Positions 45,629 to 54,900 of a stretch of 64,000 nt of DNA are shown piece after piece. Under the pieces are notes generated by a model. It was given only the letters and a program-made list of their open reading frames with translations. It made no database searches and had not been told where the DNA came from. Origin of the DNA: Eubacteriales bacterium (GTDB taxonomy: Bacteria; Bacillota; Clostridia; Oscillospirales; CAG-272); NCBI GenBank assembly GCA_045543015.1, contig JAZQLY010000031.1, positions 1,565 through 65,564 on the forward strand, written 5' to 3'. The stretch's first letter is position 1. The number at the start of each line of letters is the position of its first letter. Position numbers and translations under genes: made by a program.

Positions 45629-47527
45629 ATGTTTTTTAAGCCGCGCTTTTACAAGAAAGAGGGAAAGGCCACGCTCTCTCTGGCAACCGGGCTGAAGATC
45701 ACCGATTGCCCTGCCAAATTTGAGGAGTTTATTCGCGCCACGCTTGCAAAATGCGGGGGTGGCAGCGTTGCCACGCTGCACTATCACGTTGGCATACCGG
45801 CCAAGCTGACAAGCGCCATCGGCAAGGCGTACAAGCAGCATGACGAGGCATTTGCCCTGGTGATCGATGAAACAACGATCGACCTGTACGGCGAAAGCAT
45901 CCAGGGGCTGCTGTACGCGACCGTCACGCTGCTGCAGCTGCAGGAATGTGGCGAGCTGAAGGCGGGCGTGCTGTATGACCGCCCCGTCTGCGACGTGCGC
46001 GGCTATCGCGTCTTTTTGCCGGGGCGTGAAAACATCCCCACCTTTCACGCGATGGTAGACCTGCTGGCCTACTACAAGTACAACGCCATCATTCTAGAGA
46101 TCGGCGGCGCGATGGAATATAAGCGCCACCCGGAGATCAACGAGGCCTGGCTGAAATTCTGTCACGAGGTACACAGCAAGCACGGCCGCGCCATTGAGAT
46201 CCAGCAGCGCACCTATCCGTGGGCCAAGAATTCGATCCATTGCGACAACGGTGATGGCGGCGTGCTGACGCAGGAGGAATGTCGCGCACTGAAGGATTAC
46301 TGCGTTTCCCGCGGCTTAGAGGTCGTGCCTGAATGCCCGACCATGAGCCACTCTGACTACATTTGCCTTGCCCACCCGGAGTTGGCCGAGCGGCATAACG
46401 ATGCCTACCCGGATACCTATTGCCCCAACCACCCGGATACCTATCCGCTGGTATACGACCTGCTGGAGGAGGCCATTGAGGTATTTGAGCCGAAGAAGAT
46501 CAATATCGGACATGACGAGATGTACTCGATCGGCCTGTGCGAGCGCTGCAAGGGGCAGGATCCCGTGCAGCTGTACGTAGATGACATCAAAAAGAACAAA
46601 GAGTTCCTCGACGCACATGGCATTGAGACCTGGATGTGGGGCGAAAAGCTGCTGGACGCGGTAGAGGAAAATGGCTGCGCCTGCGGCGGCGCCGGCTGGA
46701 GCCGACCGATGAACGGCGGCATTTGCACCGTCCCTGCCCTGTGGCCATGCCGTGACAAGCTGCCGGAGGGGGTACATTACCTCCATTGGTACTGGCGCTT
46801 TGGTGATCATCATGACAAGGTATACCATGACCGCGGATATGATATGGTATACGGTAATTTTGTTGCCCTTTCCTTCTCCAACTGGCAAAAGCGCGTTCGG
46901 TGGGGGGCAAGAGGCGGCTACGTTTCCAACTGGGGCTCCTTCCACGAGGAGTACATGCAGCGCAACCTGCAGTATCTTTCGCTCGTTTCTGCAGCCTATG
47001 CCTTCTGGTGCCCCGATTTTACCGATAAGAAAAAGGAAAAATACGTCACCCTTTCTCTTCTTGAATGCAACCGTTTGTACCGCAACAAGATCAAGCACCC
47101 GCTGACGGTGGTACACACCACCACAGGCCGTATGCCCTATAAGACCTTCTATGACGGCGTGTTCATTGAAGACGAGGAATATAATATCGGCCGCTATGAG
47201 CTGACCTATGCCGATGGCACGATTGCCTATCTGCCTGTGCGCTACGGTACCAACATCACCTGCGGCAATATTGAAAACGCGATGAACAGTAACGCCTTCC
47301 GTGAGGTGAGCTACACCACCATGCCCGAAAAGCACGGTGATACCTATTATTACGCCTGCACCTATGAGAACCCGCACCCGGAAAAGCAGATCACAGGCTT
47401 CCGCTATCTGCCGATCAAGACGGACTTCCCCGTCTTTACCAAGTCCTTTGATCTCGGCACCCCCGCAGCGATCAAAGCGGACGGTACCGAAAACGTCAAG
47501 GATGCGGCTGAATTCACGATTGAATAA
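45629..47527 (+). CDS. GH20-like glycoside hydrolase (putative hexosaminidase-type TIM barrel), cytoplasmic
   Basis: VRGYRVFLPGRENIPTFHAMVDLLAYYKYNAIILEIGG and INIGHDE (D-E catalytic pair-like) resemble GH20 catalytic domains; assignment tentative. Confidence 0.5.
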   Translation: MFFKPRFYKKEGKATLSLATGLKITDCPAKFEEFIRATLAKCGGGSVATLHYHVGIPAKLTSAIGKAYKQHDEAFALVIDETTIDLYGESIQGLLYATVTLLQLQECGELKAGVLYDRPVCDVRGYRVFLPGRENIPTFHAMVDLLAYYKYNAIILEIGGAMEYKRHPEINEAWLKFCHEVHSKHGRAIEIQQRTYPWAKNSIHCDNGDGGVLTQEECRALKDYCVSRGLEVVPECPTMSHSDYICLAHPELAERHNDAYPDTYCPNHPDTYPLVYDLLEEAIEVFEPKKINIGHDEMYSIGLCERCKGQDPVQLYVDDIKKNKEFLDAHGIETWMWGEKLLDAVEENGCACGGAGWSRPMNGGICTVPALWPCRDKLPEGVHYLHWYWRFGDHHDKVYHDRGYDMVYGNFVALSFSNWQKRVRWGARGGYVSNWGSFHEEYMQRNLQYLSLVSAAYAFWCPDFTDKKKEKYVTLSLLECNRLYRNKIKHPLTVVHTTTGRMPYKTFYDGVFIEDEEYNIGRYELTYADGTIAYLPVRYGTNITCGNIENAMNSNAFREVSYTTMPEKHGDTYYYACTYENPHPEKQITGFRYLPIKTDFPVFTKSFDLGTPAAIKADGTENVKDAAEFTIE

Positions 47528-47537
47528 CACCCACGAT

Positions 47538-47575
47538 AAAAAACGGTAGAGAACATCATGTTCTCTACCGTTTTT
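47538..47575. terminator. bidirectional terminator
   Basis: AAAAACGGTAGAGAAC-atcat-GTTCTCTACCGTTTTT. Confidence 0.9.
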
Positions 47576-47582
47576 ATCGGTA

Positions 47583-50486
47583 TCAATTACGTTCCCAATA
47601 CTGATTACAGTAATCAGAGCGGAGATGCGTGGCTGCCTTGGCAGGATCTGCAAGCTCCTCTGCCGGGATCGTTGTTCTATCGTAATACCTCGTATACCGC
47701 ACCCATCCGTTTGTGTTTTCAAAAACGGCATTCTTCAGGATATGGCAATTATAAAACGCATTTCGGCTGATGCTCTGCACCGATGCAGGAATATGGATGC
47801 TTTCCAATTGTGAGCAATAACCAAACGCACTCTCTCCAATTTCAAGAAGCGTATCCGGGAACACGATCGTAGTGATCCTTCCGCACTTTTCAAAGGCCTT
47901 TGAGCCTATCTCTGTCAAGCCGCTTGCAAGCTCTACACGCGAAAGGCTCTCGCAAAGCTCAAAGGTATTGCTTTCAATGACCTTCACGCCGCCCGGAACA
48001 GAAATTTCGGTGATCCTTTCGCAGCCCTTGAAGGCCGAGCCGCCCAGCCGCTGCAAGGCGCTTGGCAAGTGGATGCCGGCCAGATTGATGCACCCCGCAA
48101 ATGCCTCAGCCCCGATATCGGTAACGCCATCGGGAATGTTGGCTGCCGTCATACGCTCACACCCCTTAAAGGCGCGCGCGCCGATGCTGACAATGCCGCT
48201 TGGCAATTGTACCTCCCGCAGATGGATGCATCCGGCAAACAAATAATCGGGAATTGCCGTCAAGCCGGTGGAAAGCGTTACATAGGTCAATGCCGTACAA
48301 TCCACAAACGCCTCACGGCCTATGCTGCTAACGCTATTGGGGAGTGCGATCCTTTCTAAAGCAACGCACCCCTTAAAGACGCGTTCACCAACGCCCGCAA
48401 CCTTTTTCCCAAAGGAGACCGTTTGCAGCTGCGTGCATTTTTCAAAAGCAGAATCGCCGACCTCTGTCACGCCTGCGCCAAGCTTCACCGTCTTTAACGC
48501 CGTACAGCCGGCAAACGCGCTGCTGCCGATCGTTTGCACCGCGTCGGGAACTGTGATCTCGGTCAGTGCCGTACAGCCGGAGAAGGCATAGCTCCCGATC
48601 GCGTTCGCACTGGCAGGGATCTTTATGGAAGAAAGAGCGGTGCAACCGGAAAAGACAGCATTCTCGATCGTCGTGAGCTTAGCCGGAAGCTTTATTTCCT
48701 TCAGATTTTTACAGCCGCCGAACACACCGTACGCGATATACTGTACGTTGTCATGCAAAACGACGTTTTCCAGCTTGGTGCAGCTGTGAAACAGGCTGTC
48801 CGCCAGCTCCGTAACGCCGGCCGGAACGGTGATGGCCACAAGAGAAGAGCAATTCTTAAAGGCACTTATGCCCACCGTTTTCAGCTTGGCAGAAAGAACG
48901 ATATCCGGAAGTGCGCTGCACCCCTCAAACGCGGAATAGCCGATCTCGGTAACGGCATCACCCATCTGCACGCTTACCAGCTTGGTACAGCCGGCAAAGG
49001 CCCGCCCGCCAATGATGGTCACGCTTTGGGGCAGACGGATCTCCGCAAGGGCCGCACACCCTGAAAAGAGTCTTTCCGCGATCACCGTCAGGTCATCGGG
49101 CAGCGAAATGGTCTCAAGCGACTGGCAATTTTCAAATGCGGCTTTTCCAAATTCGAGCCCCCCTTCTGCGGGGTAAGAGACCTCAACAAGCGCTGTACAG
49201 CCATAGAAGGCCTCGGCACCGATGCTGCGCACGGTGCTTTGTATTTCTACCGTTTTCAGGCTCGTGCAATTTCTGCAGAAGCTTGCCGGTACCATACTGC
49301 CGGAGAAAACGACCTTTTCAATCGACTTTTCTCTGACGAAGGGAACAGACGGCTCAAAATCTGAACAGTAGTACACCGTTTTCAAGGCGTGGCAATTCAT
49401 AAAGATCTGCGATTCGATCGCATCAACGGATGCGGGGATCGTGATCTCTGCAATTTGAGAGCAGCCGTAAAAGGCGCGGTAAGCAATAGCACGCAGCGTA
49501 TCCGGCAGGGTGATCGCCTTCAGCTTGCTGCAATTTTCAAAGGCTTTTTCGCCGATGGCCGTAACGGTATACCCGTCTATGGTGTCGGGAATAATCAGAT
49601 CAACATCCTGGCACGTTCCCATACCGGTAACGGTGCAGGACAGGCCGTCCTCGTTGATGCGGCAAGAAAGCCCCTCTGAATGGGTAACGGGCGGACGGAA
49701 AGAATCCCGGTAAGAATCGCCGCACATGCTGCAAGCATGCTCGGTATATCCCTCTGCTTCCTTCGTGGGGGGGACAACGGTATCAACGTAGGCGTGGTCG
49801 ATCACGGGAATGGCTTCTGCCTCCATCGCTGTGCCGCACACCGTACACACAGAGGAACGGCTTCCCTCTGCGGTGCAGGTAGGCTCACGCAGCACGCTCC
49901 ATTCGCCGGGGGTATGTGCCGCCTTGGCCACAGGACGGCTTTCGCCCGTCCCGCAGACGGTGCAGGCACGTGTCTCCTCGCCCTCGGACTTGCAGGTAGC
50001 CGCCGTGGTCACCTGCCATTCGCCATAGGTATGTGCTGCCTTGGCAACAGGACGGCTTTCGCCCGTCCCGCAGACGGTGCAGGCACGCGTCTCCTCGCCC
50101 TCGGCCGTACAGGTAGCCGCCGTGGTCACCTGCCATTCGCCATAGGCATGCGCTGCCTGCGCAACGGCACGGCTCTCCTCCTGCCCGCAGGCGGTGCAGG
50201 CACGCGTCTCCTCGCCCTCGGCCGTACAGGTAGCCGCTGTGGTCACCTGCCATTCGCCATAGGCATGCGCTGCCTGCGGAATGGCGCGACTCTCCTCCTG
50301 CCCGCAGGCAGAGCAGGTACGCACCTCCTCACCGGGCCTTTGGCAGGTTGCATCGACCTTTAACTGCCACGCACCGTAGGTGTGTGCTGTGCAAGCAGGG
50401 GCGCCTTGATCACACCCGCAAAGTGTGAGCGCAAGTGCGAGTATGGCAACAGCCAAAAGCAACCCCAGCAATTTTGATCTTTTCAT
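47583..50486 (-). CDS. BspA-type leucine-rich-repeat surface lipoprotein with N-terminal Cys-rich tandem modules
   Basis: ATG 50486 with RBS GGGAGGAG; lipobox LTLCGC; ~25 LRR units (IxIPxSVxxIGxxAFxxCxxL); 5-6 CxxC modules. Confidence 0.8.
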   Translation of the reverse strand: MKRSKLLGLLLAVAILALALTLCGCDQGAPACTAHTYGAWQLKVDATCQRPGEEVRTCSACGQEESRAIPQAAHAYGEWQVTTAATCTAEGEETRACTACGQEESRAVAQAAHAYGEWQVTTAATCTAEGEETRACTVCGTGESRPVAKAAHTYGEWQVTTAATCKSEGEETRACTVCGTGESRPVAKAAHTPGEWSVLREPTCTAEGSRSSVCTVCGTAMEAEAIPVIDHAYVDTVVPPTKEAEGYTEHACSMCGDSYRDSFRPPVTHSEGLSCRINEDGLSCTVTGMGTCQDVDLIIPDTIDGYTVTAIGEKAFENCSKLKAITLPDTLRAIAYRAFYGCSQIAEITIPASVDAIESQIFMNCHALKTVYYCSDFEPSVPFVREKSIEKVVFSGSMVPASFCRNCTSLKTVEIQSTVRSIGAEAFYGCTALVEVSYPAEGGLEFGKAAFENCQSLETISLPDDLTVIAERLFSGCAALAEIRLPQSVTIIGGRAFAGCTKLVSVQMGDAVTEIGYSAFEGCSALPDIVLSAKLKTVGISAFKNCSSLVAITVPAGVTELADSLFHSCTKLENVVLHDNVQYIAYGVFGGCKNLKEIKLPAKLTTIENAVFSGCTALSSIKIPASANAIGSYAFSGCTALTEITVPDAVQTIGSSAFAGCTALKTVKLGAGVTEVGDSAFEKCTQLQTVSFGKKVAGVGERVFKGCVALERIALPNSVSSIGREAFVDCTALTYVTLSTGLTAIPDYLFAGCIHLREVQLPSGIVSIGARAFKGCERMTAANIPDGVTDIGAEAFAGCINLAGIHLPSALQRLGGSAFKGCERITEISVPGGVKVIESNTFELCESLSRVELASGLTEIGSKAFEKCGRITTIVFPDTLLEIGESAFGYCSQLESIHIPASVQSISRNAFYNCHILKNAVFENTNGWVRYTRYYDRTTIPAEELADPAKAATHLRSDYCNQYWERN
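49707..50396 (-). repeat. in-frame 117-bp (39-aa) tandem repeats encoding AAH[AT]YGEWQVTTAATC...C..CG..ESR modules
   Basis: Five full units plus one degenerate unit; the three central units (49926-50276) are nearly identical at DNA level. Confidence 0.85.
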
Positions 50487-50596
50487 AAGCTCCTCCCAAC
50501 ACAGGTAGCCATAATCGCCACCCTTGTAGATATTTCCATTATACCACGCACAACACGTATTTGTAAACAGAATTATAAAAAAAGACGTTCTTCCGG

Positions 50597-50625
50597 TTGA
50601 AAAAAACAAACGGATATGGTAAAAT
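50597..50625 (+). promoter_or_regulatory. thiI promoter
   Basis: TTGAAA - 17 nt - TGgTAAAAT. Confidence 0.5.
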
Positions 50626-50657
50626 AGAACATGATGTCATAAAGCGGAGGAAAGACC

Positions 50658-51851
50658 ATGCGTGAATTTCGCGAAGTAATTCTTTGTAAATACGGAGAGC
50701 TTGTCTTAAAGGGAGCCAATCTCTCCTTTTTTGAGAGTCTCCTTGTAAAGGAGATGAAGGCACGTGCCCGCCGGCACGGCAAATTCAACATCTACCATGT
50801 GCAAAGCACCCTGTACATTGAGCCGCTGGAGGAGGATTGCGATCTGGACGGCATGCTGGCCTCGGCGCGGCGTGTGTTCGGCATTGTGGGCATTACGCGG
50901 GCAGCGGTGGCCGAAAAGAATATGGAGGATATTTTGCGCGTAGCAAAGGGATACCTCCCTGCGCAAATGGCAGGCAAGCGCAGCTTCCGCGTGGATGCCA
51001 AGCGGGCCGACAAGAAGTTCCCCCTCCCCTCCCCCGAGATCGCCGGTGAGGTGGGTGGCGCGCTGCTTTCGGTCAACCCGAAATGGAAGGTAGACCTGCA
51101 CGAGCCGGATTGCCGCATTCGCGTAGAGATCCGCGAGACGGCTGCCTACATCCACGCCGACCAGGAAAAGGGGGCCGGCGGCATGCCGATCCGCTCAAAC
51201 GGACGCGGGCTCTTGCTGCTTTCCGGCGGTATTGACAGCCCTGTGGCCGGGTTTATGATGGCCAAGCGCGGTGTAGAGATCGAGGCGTTGCATTTTGAGA
51301 GCTTCCCCTATACCAGTGAGCGTGCAAAGGAAAAGGTCATGCAGCTGGCAAGCGAGCTGTGCGAATACTGCACCAAGATTCACGTGCACGTCATCTCCCT
51401 GACCCATATCCAGGAGGAGCTGCGTGACAAGTGTGAGGAGGACTACTTTACCCTGCTGCTGCGCCGCTTTATGATGACGCTGGCAGAGCGGTGCGCCCGC
51501 ACCTACAAATGCGGTGCGCTGATCACGGGTGAGAGCCTTGGCCAGGTGGCCAGCCAGACCATGGAGGCCTTGAACGTGACCAACGAGGTGGTAAGCATTC
51601 CCGTGTTCCGCCCCTGCATTGGCATGGATAAGGAGGAGATCGTGCAGATCGCACGGCAGATCGGCACCTTTGAGACCTCGATCCTGCCCTATGAGGATTG
51701 CTGCACCGTCTTTACCCCCCGCCACCCGCGCACACGCCCGGTGCTGGAAAAGGTGCTGGCCCAGCAGGCCAAGGTGGATTTTGACGCTTTGGTAGAGGAG
51801 GCCTGGGGTACGATGTACACCGAGACCTGCACGCTGCAGGAAGAGATTTAG
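50658..51851 (+). CDS. thiI: tRNA 4-thiouridine(8) synthase ThiI
   Basis: THUMP domain then PP-loop LLSGGIDSPVA; 397 aa (no rhodanese domain). Confidence 0.9.
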   Translation: MREFREVILCKYGELVLKGANLSFFESLLVKEMKARARRHGKFNIYHVQSTLYIEPLEEDCDLDGMLASARRVFGIVGITRAAVAEKNMEDILRVAKGYLPAQMAGKRSFRVDAKRADKKFPLPSPEIAGEVGGALLSVNPKWKVDLHEPDCRIRVEIRETAAYIHADQEKGAGGMPIRSNGRGLLLLSGGIDSPVAGFMMAKRGVEIEALHFESFPYTSERAKEKVMQLASELCEYCTKIHVHVISLTHIQEELRDKCEEDYFTLLLRRFMMTLAERCARTYKCGALITGESLGQVASQTMEALNVTNEVVSIPVFRPCIGMDKEEIVQIARQIGTFETSILPYEDCCTVFTPRHPRTRPVLEKVLAQQAKVDFDALVEEAWGTMYTETCTLQEEI

Positions 51852-51871
51852 ATCTTATGGCAAAACAACAG

Positions 51872-51912
51872 GAGAGCGAGAAGACGGATCTTCTCGCTCC
51901 CTTTTCGTTTTT
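51872..51912. terminator. terminator between convergent thiI and surface-protein gene
   Basis: GAGCGAGAAGA-cgga-TCTTCTCGCTC + CCTTTTCGTTTTT. Confidence 0.7.
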
Positions 51913-54900
51913 ATTCGTTTTCGTCCTTCTTACGTTCCTTCTTCATGACGAAGTATACGGCTACGCCGCCACCCGCCAGGCAGAGAACGATGATGACGAT
52001 AATGAGCCACAGATACGAGCCGCCATTGCCGTTGTCAGACGGTACGGTAATGGTAAAGGTTCCCTCTGCCTCATCCTCCACATACAGAATGGTGATCGTA
52101 TGCTCACCAGCCTCCAGCGTCTCGAGGTATGCGGGCAGGAGGTTAACGACCGTATCGCGGTCAAAGGAATGATAATTCTCACGCGAAAGCATGACACCGT
52201 CGATCATGACGCCGGTAAACTTCTCATACGGGCCGTTAGCCTGGAAGGAAAGTGAGAAGTCAGACCCCTTCAGCCAGGATGCGCCATTGCCGGCAATGAT
52301 CTTGTAATCGGCAAGGCTGGCAAGAATCGCATCCAGACGCCCGGTATCCACCAGCTCTCTCTCTCGGTCGGTCAGCTGGCCAAGGGCGGTTTGGATCGCC
52401 TCGATCAGCTGATTGGTCTCAGAATCGTTGGGGTTGTACTTCCCTACCTCCGGCAGAGAATCCAAAGCTGCCTGCAGGGTCTCTACACGCTTGATCGAAA
52501 GCAGGACCGCATCATACCGCGCGATCTCATCACGCATGGCCTTCTTTTCTTCCTCCGTGTAGTTGCCGTCATAATCGGCAAGAGCCTTTTCCATATCCTG
52601 CTTTGCCTGCTCCAGCGTCTCGCGGTCGGAGAGGTTGAGGTTTTCCAGCGTGATCTGCCCGGCGGCCTGAATATTTTCCGTGTTGCGTGCCGCAGCAGCC
52701 TCATCCAGGCGGGCGATCAGCGCCAGTGCCTTCTCACGGGCGGGCTGCAGGCTTTCCTCCTCTACATTGGTCAGACGGTCAGAGGCGATCAGGGCATCCA
52801 TTTCCCCGATCAGCTGCTCGATGGCTGCCCGGTCAGAGGATTTGACGGTTGTGACGTCATATCTGGCAACTGCCAGTATCAGCCGCGTCAGCTCTGCCAG
52901 GATGCGGTCGATCTCGGCAAGCAGCTCGTCTGCATAAACGAGCCCCTCCTCAAGCGCAGCGCGGTCACGCGCGTTCAGCTTGTCGGTTGCAAGCAGCGCC
53001 TCGATCTCTGCACGGATACGCAGGATATCTGCTTTATCGGTCGTCCGAACCGTATCGATTTCGTAAGCATAGAGCTGGTCAAGGATCGCGGTGTGGTTAT
53101 TGGAGTTTTCTTCAATATTCGTGAGCAGGGCACGCGCACGCTCCTGCAGCGCCTCCAGCGCGGCACGCTCCTCCTCCAGGTGGTTGGGGTAGGACAGCAG
53201 ATCATCCAGATCGTCGATCAGCTGCAGGACGTTCTTCCTGTCTGCCAGGCCGATCTTTGCCGGATCATACCCGTCGATGGCGGCAGCAATGCGGTTGGTC
53301 TCCTCACGGATCATATCCAGGCGGCCAAGGAATGTGCTGGCCAGCACGCGCATGGCGATCACGTCATTCCGCTCGTCAGCGGTCAGGTTGTCGCCGTTCA
53401 GGATCGCGCTGAAGTCCATCATCAGCTGCTGGAGGGCCGAATGCTCAAGCGAGGTAACGGTGTCCAGATGATATTTACCCGTTTCGTCAGCCAGACGCGC
53501 GATCTCGTCAGCGACGGAGGCGATCTTATCCAGCAGGGCAAGTGCCGTTTCGCGCAGGTCAGCAAGGCTCTGCCGCTCTGCCGTGGTGATGCCAAAGCTG
53601 CCAAGCAGATCGTCGATGGCAAGCACGATATCTTCGATATCCACCTTATCCGAGGATTTTACGGTGTTCTTGCTGTATTTTGCCAGCTCCTCGGCTATGC
53701 GCTGGATTTCCGCCTCGATATCCACGATCTTATCGAGCATGGCGATCAGCGACAGGCGGATAGAGGAAAGGTCACTACGCTCAATGATGGTCAGATTGTT
53801 ACCGGCAAGCAGCCCGTTGGTTGCAGCAAGCAGCTCTTGCAGGGCTGCTCTGTCCTGCTTGGTGACGGTGGCGATGTCATAGCCGGCCATTTCGGTCTTG
53901 ACGTGGGAAATCGCGGCAGCAACCTCATCAATGCGCTGCAGGAGCGCGGCAGCCTTTTCACGCAGGGGAACGATCTTTGCCTCCTGCTCGGGCGTCAGGT
54001 CGTTATTTGCCTCCAATGCGGTAATATCATCTGCGATCAGGGCAATGGCGGCACGGTCTGCCGAGGTAACGGTATCAATATCGTAACCAGCCAGCATATC
54101 CTCGATATGCACCAGGAGCTCTTCTACGTTCTGCACCTTGGCAAGCAGCTGGTCACACTTGGTGAGAATATCTTGCAGGGCAGCCTTCTCCCCTGCGGTG
54201 GCATAGGTCGTATCAATGCCGACCACCTTGGCACGCACCGCGCGGAGCGTAGCAGCATCACGCCCGGTGACGTTATGAATGGTCAGGTGCGCAATGGGAT
54301 CTGCCAGTGTGGAGATCGGCTTCATGATGATGACAAAGCCAGCGCCGCCCTCCTCCGTACCGTTTACGGCGGCATTGCCTACCGCATCGTACAGGGCAAA
54401 CTGATAAACAGCTGCGCGGTCACCCGCAAGAGTAACGAACGCTTCGTTCTGCTCCTCCAGATCAACAAGGCTCCAGGGGCAGCCAACCACGTTCTTCAGC
54501 GAAATGCCGCTGCCAAGATCGGCAAGCGTGAACTTCTGCGTGACATAGTAGGTCTCACCGCTGACGATCCCCTTCACCTCCGGCAAGGAAAGATCAAAGG
54601 TGATGCCGTGATCAAACGAGAGGTAGGCTACGTTGCCGGCGCGGTCGGTCAAGCGGATGTAAACGATCACCTGCTTACCGTTCTGTGCATCGATCGTAAC
54701 GCCGCCGTTGGTATAAGCATGCCAGCCGTACAGCGAGCGCAGCTCATCCTGCGTGCGGGCAACGTCCGAAATGTAGATCTCAATATTCTTCAGCCCGGAA
54801 AGTGCATCCGTTGCGTTGACCGTTACGGTCAGCGAGGCATTGGTAAACCGGTCAAACGGAACGGTAGCGTGGAAGCCGGTGGTGGTTGCCATATATCTAC

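Noticed and set aside
49707-50396. Regular direct repeats checked as a possible CRISPR array.
   Set aside because: The repeats are contiguous 117-bp units with no unique spacers. They are in frame within a long ORF that has a signal peptide and LRR domain, so they are coding tandem repeats.
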